Translations under genes and position numbers: made by a program | Part shown: piece after piece, positions 1 through 9,887 of the stretch | Layout: each line of letters opens with the position of its first letter | How positions within the stretch are numbered: the stretch's first letter is position 1 | Assembly: GCA_051942245.1 (NCBI GenBank) | Contig: JAVECL010000235.1 | Location: 1-34,174, forward strand | DNA length: 34,174 nucleotides | Origin: Trypethelium eluteriae | Taxonomy: Eukaryota | Reading direction: 5' to 3' | The notes under the pieces: model-generated | Databases searched by the model: none | Told to the model about the DNA's origin: nothing | Seen by the model: only the letters and a program-made list of their open reading frames with translations

Positions 1-14
1 GTGATCAGTAGGTA

Positions 15-30
15 GGGACGGGAGGGTGGG
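15..30 (+). other. Canonical G-quadruplex-forming motif
   Basis: GGG-AC-GGG-A-GGG-T-GGG: four G3 tracts with loops of 2, 1 and 1 nt, about 430 bp upstream of the SNF7 ATG. Confidence 0.55.
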
Positions 31-460
31 TACCTTACCACGCCTACGTACCTGGTAGACCAAGCCAACGTTTCGGCGTTCTCAACCTTGGGGTGAGACT
101 CAGAGCACGTGATCAGGGCTGAAGTCATCGTCGACCGCATCATGCGCCGAAACCACCGAAACGATCGAAACCATCAGGCAGCCTCAAAACCTTCTGACAG
201 ACGCTCGTGCTATATTTTAGGTCTGTACATCTTCTCCTGGCCTTGCTGCCTATCCGTCCAAGCCTTTTCATATCCTTTGGCTATCGGAGAACGGCGGCGA
301 CCCATATCGGTGACGGCAAAGCATCCCACTATCGCCTGGATACTACCCTTGTACAAGTGGGGTCATACAACAAGCAGAGACGTCAAGCCTAAGAGCTGGA
401 AGACTTCCGAATTCCACCCGGCTTTCTCGAAGCTCCCTTTCCTGGTAAAAGCAACCAAAC

Positions 461-1502
461 ATGTCAGGATGGGGGATGGGCTGGTTCGGAGGTGGGGGAG
501 CAAAGAAGAAGGAAGCACCCAAGAAGGCGATCCTTGACCTACGGGCAACCCTCGAGATGCTGAATAAGCGGGAGAAGCATCTACAGACTCAAATGGATGA
601 GCAAGATGCGATTGCGAGGAAAAATGTGAGCTCAAATAAGAACGGTATGGAGCCCCTCATCCATACCCACCTGCAAGTCAGGTCAGACTTTTGGTCGAGG
701 CGGTTGGCTTGAATACTCATCGAATATGGGACGGAGCACGGATGCTGGTGTCGTTATCAATGTAACGACCAGGGCTATGCTAACGAGGTTGAAATCTAGT
801 GGCGAAAGCGGCATTAAGACGAAAGAAACAATTTGAGCACGCGCTCGAGCAAACGTCCTCCCAAATGATGACCGTCGAGCGGGAGATCTCTAGTATAGAA
901 ACTGCGAACATCAACAAGGAGACCTTTGTCGCAATGCAGAATGCCGGGAAGGCTATGAAACAGATACATGGGGATCTTAGCATTGACAAGGTTGACCAGA
1001 CAATGTATGCCTTTCCAATCCAAGCCATACCCACCCATACTATGCCCGCACCCGCAAGCCTTTTTCCATGGACCCATACTTTGAAAATATACTAACGCCA
1101 AGGACAGGGAAGACCTTCGCGAACAACACGCTATTGGCGAAGAAATCAGCGGCGCCCTTACGCAGACTCCAATTGGCCAAGGCGTCGACGAGGACGAGCT
1201 CGACGAGGAACTCCAAGAGCTACAACAAGAACAGCTTGACGAGAAGATGCTCAAGACAGGGACGGTTCCTGTTGGCGATGAAGTACATCGGTTACCTACT
1301 GCCCATAAAGGTGAAAGTATGTGGAATCCTCCTTGCCCTCACAGACCCTCTTTTACTCCTATTGGAGCGGAGATATGTAGTCTAGGGTAGCAAATCCGTG
1401 AACAGATGTGCTGATCATGATATAGTCAACAAAACGCCAGTCGCTGAGGAAGACGACGAAGAGGCCGAGTTACGGAAATTACAGGCTGAAATGGCTATGT
1501 GA
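461..1502 (+). CDS. SNF7: ESCRT-III subunit Snf7/Vps32
   Basis: Exons 461-644, 800-1004, 1108-1316, 1426-1502 with GT..AG introns (GCTAAC at 779, TACTAAC at 1090). The spliced protein reads MSGWGMGWFGGGGAKKKEAPKKAILDLRATLEMLNKREKHL..AKAALRRKKQFE..IETANINKET..DEDELDEELQELQQEQLDEKML..EEDDEEAELRKLQAEMAM*, which is typical of fungal Snf7. Confidence 0.95.
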
Positions 1503-2427
1503 GATCGGATTTGGTATCCTGATTATGATATTTACGACCGGTCCTCAGTGTTTCCAGAAACGCACGAGCGACCAAAATTTCTCACTTACCCCTACCTCCC
1601 CATTCACCCGATATCCTCCTCATCATAGACGAGTCGACCTCATGAGCCTTTCATCAGATTCCAGGACTTCGTCACGGGCTTGTTAGAAGCAATGATCTTA
1701 CTTTCGCAGAGGAGAATGCTCGTTGTCCTATGTACGTTTCTATAATTAAACGAACAAAGTAGTACGGAATAAGTACGCAAGCAAGCACAGAATCTGAAAT
1801 GCAGGTTTTCGAATCTCAAATGTGCTGCATGGTTGCAGTCACGCCACCCTAATTGAGGTAGTTTTGTTTTCTCAAATACCAGAGTAGTATAGATGAAGCA
1901 CAAAATTTTGACATTTCGGCGCGACCAGACGCTACGTGAGTTGCAGCAGAAATCTGCGGCGAAATATAAGCTCGTCTAAGATATTGTTAGGCACCGTGAT
2001 CCCATAGCCAGTTAATCGGCATTGCCGGACTGCTTGCCACATGCAGAGCGAGAGAAAGCCTTCAAGGGAAAGATCAGAAAAAGGTGAGAGTACGCTGGGG
2101 AGGGGAAGATTTGCGCCGATGGGTCTTAAGTTTCCCTACTGTAGTATCTGCGCTGCGCACGCGATCTCTCATATCATGATGTCGCCCCGACAATAGACAA
2201 GAAGAAATGAAAGAAAAAATCATAACAGCGACAAGCGACAGAAGACCGATCCCAGTGCGACCCCATTAGTTACCTAACGCCCAAAAGATAGACCCCCCTA
2301 ACATTATCCTCCCAGCACATGTCGTCCCGCTCATCAAAACGCTGAAATGACTCAGACCATCCCATTTCAGTCCGCACTTCGGTGACCTAACCGAGCAATG
2401 CCTCTAACTCCCATCTCGTTCCCTATC

Positions 2428-5400
2428 TTACTCTGCCTCCTCCGCCCCTCCCTCCGCATCCGCGTCCACCTTCGGTCTCTTTCCCCTCATAACCCTTTTC
2501 TCCCCCTCGCTCATCTCCATCTCACGATCCCGCTTCGTGTGCCCATTCGTGCCAGGACTCGGCGCAGTCGGCGTGAGGGCCTCCACGCTCGGAGGCTGCG
2601 GGCTATCCGAACCCGCAGGCCGATCGTTCGTGGTTGGAGGTACGGGTACAGGAGACTGATGAGGCTGCGAGGAGGACGGTGGCGTAGGCGGTGCTGGCGC
2701 AGCGTCGGCGTTGGGATTGGTGGAGTGCGAAAGGGTCGAAGCAGCAGCGGAAGGCGTCGAGGCGATGGGCGCGGAGGGTTGCGGAGTGACGGCATTCGGC
2801 GACGTGCCGTTCGCACCGTTCGCACCGTTCGGCTGCACGGCTACAGGAGTGGACGCAGGGACGTGGGTCGGCTGCGCGACGACGGCGGCGTGCTGAGCGC
2901 GAGCGACAGGCGACACGTGAGAGGGAATGGCTGACATCGCGCCAGCTTGGCCCGGCGCCGCCTGTGTCGATGTCGCTTCCTTCTTCTCGTGCGATGGAAG
3001 AATGAGGCCACTCAACGTCTTCGTGATGTCCTCTTCACCCTGGCGAAGCGGTGTCGTCGACTCGCCTGGCCAAAAGACGCGCTTGATGGCCGAGCAGACG
3101 AGATGCTCCGAGTGCTCCTTGTCGCCTTGGGATACATCCACGAAGACGTCTTTGAATTTCTTTAGACGTTGAATCATGTCGACTGTGAGGACTTCAGCGT
3201 TACCAGGAAGCGACATGCGGAGGTGCTTGGGGTAGTCATTGCCGATGAGAGCAGTAAGAAACGGAGCAGGATCTACGGGTGGATGAGGAGGAGGAGCTGG
3301 CTGAGTTGAGGAACTGGGTTGAGAAGCCATCGAGACAGAGCGATTGGGAATACGCACGTTAGCACTGGGTTGTTGAGGTTGGCTGTAAGCTACACCGTTC
3401 GAAAGACTGCTTGGAGCTTGAGGTGCTCGGTGTACTGAAACCGGCGGGTTTACTGCATAAGGTGAAGAGTAGTTGCCGGAATTCTGAGCAGGTGGTGCAA
3501 CTACAGCAGGTCCGGCAGTGGAAGGAGGAGCGTAGGGTGGACGATGCGGATGTTGAGGATGTTGAGGATATGGTGAAGGACCGTGATGAGGTTGACCAGG
3601 ACCATTTTGCAATCCAAGGTAATGGTTTGGGGGATAGTATGCATGTTGCGACATTCGCGGAGGTGACGATCTCTTTCTCTTCTGACTCTCAGGAGTAGCG
3701 CCTGCTTTGACTGCCCAGAGATAGCCTTTACCCTCCTTTTCCACTTTCTGGAATATGGAGTTCTGACCGAGATTGTGCCTGACGCTGCTTTGCCATCCTT
3801 GGCTACCGATCCTGAACTTGAAATGAGGGTACCTCCGTTCGATAGCACCGTAAATTTGCTGAAGATTCATTTGCCCATTCTTGGAATTTGTAATAGCTTC
3901 ATAGATAAGTGTGATATAATTGGAGCTTGGTCGCGTGAGTTGTTCCTCTGTGTAGTCGGATTCTTTCATAGGAGGCGAAGGAGTTCGCGCTGCTGCTTTG
4001 GAAGACTTTGCGAGCCCCTGCTGCTGACTAGAAGCAGCTTCTTCATCTACCGTTGCAGCGGGTTTCGGCTCAATGTCCTGAGGAGATTTCTCCGTGTCAG
4101 CTGTAGCTGACCGTGCTGTTGCCGCGGCGGCGGCAGCCTCCTCCTCTTCCTTCTTCTGCTTCTTCTTCTCAGTCTTAGTCTTCAAGTCAAGGGGGGGAGG
4201 AGGTGGCAAGCCAAGTTCCCTTGCCCTCTTGGCTTCTTTCTCTTGCTTGGCACGAGCCTGTCGCTCCCGTTTGGACATGATGCCGTCCTTGGGCGGCCTA
4301 CCGGGACCTTTGCGCTTTTGTGGAACTTCCGTCGCAGGCGGAACACTCTCTGTGCCATTTTGCTGTGCTGAGCTCGCTTCTGCTATAGTCGGAGAAGTCT
4401 CCCTTGCTGTGTGCTTTTCGCGGCGTGGTTCTGTTGACCTCTCCGACTTTGGGTTCTTGGCCCGTTTCGCCTCTTTTCGACTGGAGACTAGTTTTGAATC
4501 TTTTTTCTTGGTATATGGAGGACCTTTGCTCTTCTGGCGGGTGGGCAACACTTTGAGCTTCAACTTTGTACGCTGTTGGGGCCGCTCTTGCTCTTCTTCT
4601 GAGTTAGACGACTGAGTACCTTGCTCATCTGGCCCAATTATGTTCACGGGCTCCTCAATGCTACCCCTTGCGCTGCTGCTCTGTTCAGGACTATCTTGTG
4701 TGCTTGTATTCACCATACTATCCTCGGTCTGATAAGAGATCTCATCCGAATCATCCCTATCCCGCGCAGCAACATCTGGAGGTAGGCCGAAGGTAATAGG
4801 CACAGGACCAATTTGGATAACATCACGGTCGCGCAAAGGTATAGTTTCTCCGGCATGGTGGATAGCGTCATTGAGGAAAAGTCCATTTCGAGCAATGACA
4901 TGTAGCTCAAATACCTCTTTGTTGGGGTTGTATTGAATTTTGGCATGCTTTCGTGATATTCCTTTGTATCCGTCGGGACCCCAGCTATCGGCGATATGAA
5001 TGGGTAAAAGGGGGCAGGCGTCATGCGGCGGATAGGCACGGCGTTGATCGTCAATAACGGCAGCATTAAGTGCCGCTTCATACTGGCTTGGGGTAATGGC
5101 CGATTGTTGTGTCTTGTTCGAAGGTTTCTTCTTCCGGCCCTTTTTGCGGCGAGTATTAGGGTTGGAGTCAGAGGAGGATTCCTCCCACTTCATGATTCCA
5201 CCTTCTTCACTGTATGCGTGACAACCCCCTGAAAATCGGCTGCTTTGATGCATAGGGGTTCTCAACGCTTCTCCCGCGCTCGATGGTCGGCTTTGGCTCT
5301 CTGACTCTGACACTCTCTGCTCAGCTAATCTGGTCGCCCGTCGCATTGCTATGTTATCCCGCCCAAGCTCCACTGAAGTAGTTCTTACTAGATATGTTGT

Positions 5401-5964
5401 ATCCGGAAATTCGAGTTTGGCATATGCAGTCAAGTCCATATCATCCATTGATCCTAAAGCGTCAGCATTAAGCTGGGATGCGTCATTGAGTGCTTGCAAG
5501 GATAGTCCAATGCCATTATACATCATCCCATCCCCGGCGTTGCAGTGTAATGCTCCTGGATTGACGTTTTGTTGCACTGGTGGCTGCATCGCCAAGTTCG
5601 TAGCATTTAATGCATCATGTGTCTCAAGGTTGTTACTCTTTGCGTGTATTCCCACGGTGAGCGGATTGAAAGAATCCGTCACTTCCGTAGACCTATGTTC
5701 TGAACTCGGAACGGGACCACCAGCTTCTTGCACAGACGGGGCAGGTAGCTCGGCCTGTGTGCCCTCGGAATATTGTAACGGTTTTCCTAAGGGTATCGGG
5801 GGTTCGATGTCCTGGTCTATCGCAATGGGCGGGCGTTGAGGTTCTTGCGCGGCTGATGGATCTTTTGAAGAAGACTCCGTGATTCCCGTTTGGAATTCGT
5901 CATGATCCGTGACGACATCCTGACTATCAGGCATCGAGCCTGAACCTTGAATAGCTACTTCCAT
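2428..5964 (-). CDS. FHL1: Forkhead + FHA domain transcription factor, Fhl1-like
   Basis: Single long ORF; the first ATG is at 5964 (the ORF-track start at 6084 is not ATG). FHA motifs AYAKLEF..VELGR..GISRKHAKIQYN..ARNGLFL. Forkhead motif RPSSNYITLIYEAI..LQQIYGAIERRYPHF..GWQSSVRHNL..GKGYLW. AT-hook-like KRKGPGRPPK. Orthology to Fhl1 rather than Fkh1/2 is inferred from size and architecture. Confidence 0.8.
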   Translation of the reverse strand: MEVAIQGSGSMPDSQDVVTDHDEFQTGITESSSKDPSAAQEPQRPPIAIDQDIEPPIPLGKPLQYSEGTQAELPAPSVQEAGGPVPSSEHRSTEVTDSFNPLTVGIHAKSNNLETHDALNATNLAMQPPVQQNVNPGALHCNAGDGMMYNGIGLSLQALNDASQLNADALGSMDDMDLTAYAKLEFPDTTYLVRTTSVELGRDNIAMRRATRLAEQRVSESESQSRPSSAGEALRTPMHQSSRFSGGCHAYSEEGGIMKWEESSSDSNPNTRRKKGRKKKPSNKTQQSAITPSQYEAALNAAVIDDQRRAYPPHDACPLLPIHIADSWGPDGYKGISRKHAKIQYNPNKEVFELHVIARNGLFLNDAIHHAGETIPLRDRDVIQIGPVPITFGLPPDVAARDRDDSDEISYQTEDSMVNTSTQDSPEQSSSARGSIEEPVNIIGPDEQGTQSSNSEEEQERPQQRTKLKLKVLPTRQKSKGPPYTKKKDSKLVSSRKEAKRAKNPKSERSTEPRREKHTARETSPTIAEASSAQQNGTESVPPATEVPQKRKGPGRPPKDGIMSKRERQARAKQEKEAKRARELGLPPPPPLDLKTKTEKKKQKKEEEEAAAAAATARSATADTEKSPQDIEPKPAATVDEEAASSQQQGLAKSSKAAARTPSPPMKESDYTEEQLTRPSSNYITLIYEAITNSKNGQMNLQQIYGAIERRYPHFKFRIGSQGWQSSVRHNLGQNSIFQKVEKEGKGYLWAVKAGATPESQKRKRSSPPRMSQHAYYPPNHYLGLQNGPGQPHHGPSPYPQHPQHPHRPPYAPPSTAGPAVVAPPAQNSGNYSSPYAVNPPVSVHRAPQAPSSLSNGVAYSQPQQPSANVRIPNRSVSMASQPSSSTQPAPPPHPPVDPAPFLTALIGNDYPKHLRMSLPGNAEVLTVDMIQRLKKFKDVFVDVSQGDKEHSEHLVCSAIKRVFWPGESTTPLRQGEEDITKTLSGLILPSHEKKEATSTQAAPGQAGAMSAIPSHVSPVARAQHAAVVAQPTHVPASTPVAVQPNGANGANGTSPNAVTPQPSAPIASTPSAAASTLSHSTNPNADAAPAPPTPPSSSQPHQSPVPVPPTTNDRPAGSDSPQPPSVEALTPTAPSPGTNGHTKRDREMEMSEGEKRVMRGKRPKVDADAEGGAEEAE
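2807..2831. repeat. 9-bp tandem repeat (CCGTTCGCA, about 2.8 copies) encoding NGANGANG in the forkhead protein tail
   Basis: ccgttcgca ccgttcgca ccgttcg read directly. Confidence 0.8.
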
Positions 5965-6384
5965 GAGGGCACTCGTCGCGATCGCTTCCAATGACAGGTG
6001 GATGGACAGCGGTAGGCGGACATTTGGGCCGAATACGGAGATGTGTCTCGAGCGAAGGCGATTACAAGAACAACGAGCTGTCACAGAAGAGCGCGTGCGC
6101 GAAACAGAGAGCGAGAGGGTGCAAGAGAGTAACAGAGCAGCAGAGAGTCAGGCGTGAGGGTCATCCACCCAACCTTTGAGGGCAGTCACGCCAAATGCGG
6201 CGGCGGCGGTGAAGCGAAATCTTGGCGCGCTAATTTTACAGTACGGTAACGCCTTCGCTACCTCCCCACACTATCGTTCAACAGTCCAAATTACGCACAC
6301 CAATCGATCGCCCACCTGCTATTGGCCTTGATCTCACGGGCGTCATTCAATGCTCGTCGATACTGGTTCCTCCTCTAGTCACCA

Positions 6385-7131
6385 ATGATGCCTGCCAAGA
6401 CCAGACGAAAAGGTTCACAACAGGACCCCAAGAAGTCACCAAAGCCCTCTAACTCAACCTATCAACCACCTCCCTGGCCAATCTTCAAACCCCTAGTCCC
6501 TTGGTCCGACCTTTCTTTGAATATCCTCGCTGCCAATCAGATTGTAACCATATCCAACTTTTGGACGACGTCTCTTTGCAGAACCTACACGTCATTCCTC
6601 AGCTCTCTACCATTAATTACCACGCCTGGACGGCCAAAGAAAGGCGAGGCCGTCCGGGTCAACGATCGTTTTCAAATAGATGATGCAGCATTTGCAACGA
6701 GACTATGGCAAGATACAGCTCTCAAAGAATTAGTCCTTGGGGTGGATAACTCTCAGGAACTTTGGGGTGGGGAGGTCCTTGGGTTGAATCCTAGTATTCG
6801 TATCTATAGGTATTCGAAGGGCCAATTCTTTGACAAGCACTATGATGATTCAAATAATGTCACTCTTCCAACACCTTCTCCGACTCAGGCAAAGACCACC
6901 TGGACATTATTGCTGTACTTAACCTCTCCATCTACAGGCTGCATCGGAGGCGAAACCGTCTTCTACCCCGAGCATGCTAATGGAAATGATGGTTCTGCAA
7001 TAGTAATCGACCTAGAGACTGGTATGTTACTACTTCACCGACACGGCGCTGATTGTATGTTGCACGAAGGCAAAGAAGTGCAACAAGGGGAAAAGTGGAT
7101 AATCCGAAGCGATTTATGTGTTCGCCGTTGA
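6385..7131 (+). CDS. 2-oxoglutarate/Fe(II)-dependent oxygenase (prolyl-4-hydroxylase-like fold)
   Basis: Intronless 248-aa ORF with IRIYRYSKGQFFDKHYD (HxD), WTLLLYL..GGETVF, LHEG (distal His) and KWIIRSD (basic 2OG-binding residue). Divergent from the forkhead gene. Confidence 0.88.
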   Translation: MMPAKTRRKGSQQDPKKSPKPSNSTYQPPPWPIFKPLVPWSDLSLNILAANQIVTISNFWTTSLCRTYTSFLSSLPLITTPGRPKKGEAVRVNDRFQIDDAAFATRLWQDTALKELVLGVDNSQELWGGEVLGLNPSIRIYRYSKGQFFDKHYDDSNNVTLPTPSPTQAKTTWTLLLYLTSPSTGCIGGETVFYPEHANGNDGSAIVIDLETGMLLLHRHGADCMLHEGKEVQQGEKWIIRSDLCVRR

Positions 7132-7238
7132 TCTTGACCCTTGCCTCGGGGCGGCAATGTAACCTCAAAGCTTGGAAGGCTATCTATCTCGTCTTATTTA
7201 CAAGCAAGAGGTTCTAACTCTTGTCCACGTCAGCTATA

Positions 7239-8639
7239 TCAATGACGGCTACTCGCGGCAATCCCGGCCGAATTGTTACTTGGAGGACTCCCTGCAACTT
7301 CAGTTGGATTGTCGCTCGAAATACCAAATCGCTTCACAGGCTGGTAGCTATCAATCCTCGGCTCCAGAACGAGCGGCCACGTCGTGTTGAATTCAGGACC
7401 CTCGAACGGTTCAACACTCTGAAAGTAATCGCCCCATAGGGGGCCGGCAGCCCAGTAAGACCACCCGAAGAAGTTTTGATGATTCTCAAGCCAAGAGAAC
7501 GTGTTGTTCAAGGCTTCAAAGCAGAGCTGATTTGAACCTGCGCCTATCTCGCTCAGAAAGGCAGTGAAGTTGTTCTCCTCGAGCCACTGAGTGACAAGAA
7601 CAAGGTTCTGTGGACCAAAATCTGCGCTCACGCATGTATTGTGGGTTCCGCTGAAGTCAAAGTCCAGGTACTGTATGTGTTAGCATGATCTCTCCTCGAA
7701 GAAATACTGAGATCAATCTATGAATGGGAAGACTACTCACTAGGTGCATGTCGAACGCAAAGTTGTCGAAGGGATCATATATGTTCCCCAACACATCCGA
7801 ATTCGGCGTCGAGCCTGGTATCAACCCGTTGCCACTCGAGTTCGTCCAGATCTCCGCATTCGTATAGCCATTTCCAGGTACCAACACTAATTGTCCTGCT
7901 CCTGCGTCTCTTATCCCATCCAAAGCCGCCTGATCATCCTTCAAGATCAGCTCGGTCGACATATTGTGTGGCTCATTCATGATGCCGAAGATAACGTTCG
8001 GGTTGTAGCGAAACCGACCCGCCAACTCGTTCCAGAAGTCGCCAAACTGTTCCGTCGTGGCGGCATTGGGGTCAGACGTGTTGCCGATGACACTCCCACT
8101 ATTAGGCTGCATGCTGGGATCGTTGTAGCGCATGTAGTTGTGAGGATCAATGATGGCATATGAGCCACGTTCGGTAATGAAGTCGATGGCATCTTGGTAG
8201 AGAGAGAAGTACGTTTCATTGAACTTGCGACCTAGGCCGTATGAAAGGGGACACATGCGCTCCTAAAGAGAGACTCATCAGTCCAAAACTGTGAACAAGC
8301 TCATGACGGGTTTCCGCGAAAATTCGTCCCCAGCAATGTTTGGTTTTCGATGCCATGGGTACTAACCAGCAGAAACGTCACACGGAACACGTTGACACCG
8401 TGGTCGATGAAGTACTGAACGTTGGACTGATTTATGAATTGATAGTCCACTCCAAAAGCTCCTGGCAATTGAGTAGTGCCAAACTCTCCGCCCGCTTATT
8501 GCGTTGTGTCAGCTGCTCTGTGTTCATCGTCACAATGCGGGGACAGCATACATTCATTGACTCCTGCATATATGATCTTTGATTTACAGAATTGGAGCAG
8601 GGTTATCAGGTAGACTGTAAAAAGAAAAAGCAAATACAT
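7239..8639 (-). CDS. Secreted GH5 endo-beta-1,4-glucanase (GH5_5-like), no CBM1
   Basis: Exons 8639-8552, 8494-8367, 8262-7741, 7670-7239. Signal peptide MYLLFLFTVYLITLLQFCKS, then YAGVNESGGEFG..FRVTFLLERM..IIDPHNYMRY..FGIMNEPH (acid/base Glu)..FDMHLYLD..FLSEIG (nucleophile Glu)..WAAGPLW. Confidence 0.92.
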
Positions 8640-8729
8640 AGTGCCCAAATATGGATAGCAAGAAAGTAAGACCACCTCGTCAGAGCGCTTACCACGAGTC
8701 TTTCAGTTCGGAGCTCGAGGATCTTCAGA

Positions 8730-8809
8730 TACTTATAATGGCTAATCGCCAAATAAACGACATATGACGAATAACCAGCATATTAGACTAGCCGGGACGA
8801 TGAATTCCG
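8730..8809 (-). promoter_or_regulatory. Putative GH5 promoter with TATA-like box, GGCTAA/GGCTAG sites and CGG-N11-CCG
   Basis: TTATAAGTA on the minus strand at 8730-8738; GGCTAA at 8740-8745; CTAGCC (GGCTAG on minus) at 8788-8793; CGG 8793-8795 + 11 nt + CCG 8807-8809. Confidence 0.5.
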
Positions 8810-9887
8810 CACCTGCTCTTTGGATGCATTTCCATGTGTCATAAACGTATCGATTGATGGGATTGAATAGACCGATCTACCCTTTCCACCTCGTGTGCTA
8901 GAGGCCATAGGCCACTGTGAGATCTGCTCTGATGATACCAATGTCTTTGACGCAAAGTCCTATACGTGAGAACAACTTATGCATCGACGTCTATCAAAGG
9001 TGCCCAAAGGCGCATTTCCTTCATCTTCCATACTTTCTCCTCAGCGGGTGGGCTTTAGGCTATTTCTGTGTCTGCGGAAAGCGTCACCAATGCCGATACA
9101 TCCGAGATGAAAGCTCTGCATCTGTACTTTTAGGTACTATCGAAATTTCATCTCAATTACGTACCCCATTTCCTGAGAACAAGAAGCCTTCGCTCTTGCG
9201 CAAGGGTACCAATGTGCAGTGGTCTGTACGCCACGCTAGGAAAGGTTCTCAAAAAGGAGGGACTCGATGGCAGCACCGTGAAATCGGTCGCGTTTTCCTC
9301 ATAGCATGCTTACAATGGCAACACGCTCTAAGTGAAGGGTGCAAACGCCCTTCGCTCGATTCCGAACCGCTACAGGAGTATCGGACTTTTCAGGCTACCT
9401 GCCGAGAAAGCTATTTCAATGAGAGTAGCAGATGCAATGTCAGGGGGCGATAAGAAATGGCGGTCATGGGAAGGCCTTTTGTCAATGATTAGCGGATATC
9501 ATGACTCTGAATCGTTCAAATGATCTCAATACGATACGGGGAGTGAAATGAAAGTGCTCAATGAAAAGAGCTTCTGTTGTTCTGAGCTATCGAATGGCCG
9601 TCGACATGTCTCGGGACTCCTTGGTACAATACCTAAAGTACTGCCTCAGTTAAAACCAAAGCTGCTAAGTTATATTCACTTGGAAACTTTCTCTTCCCTC
9701 TATTGACCTCAAGCGCTTGTTCAGAACATCAAGCGTACTTGGGATACTCGAGACAGGTCTGGCAACAGAATATGTGCTAATGAGTTATATGGTCATTATA
9801 TCGTAGCCTATGAGCGAAACTGCTCTCTTCTGGCCTAGCTTTACAGATCGCATGCAAAAGCAGGCACCGTGTATCATCTTCTCAATT

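Noticed and set aside
109..537. 142-aa ORF overlapping the SNF7 start
   Set aside because: Non-ATG start, no recognisable motifs, and it overlaps SNF7 exon 1 out of frame; most likely promoter and 5' UTR sequence.
2398..5839. Multiple plus-strand ORFs (Arg-rich 178 aa, 173 aa, 162 aa and others)
   Set aside because: Antisense shadows of the GC-rich, low-complexity forkhead CDS.
8917..9523. 178-aa and 63-aa intergenic ORFs
   Set aside because: GTG starts, Cys/Arg-rich non-coding-like composition, no motifs; they lie in the GH5 upstream region.
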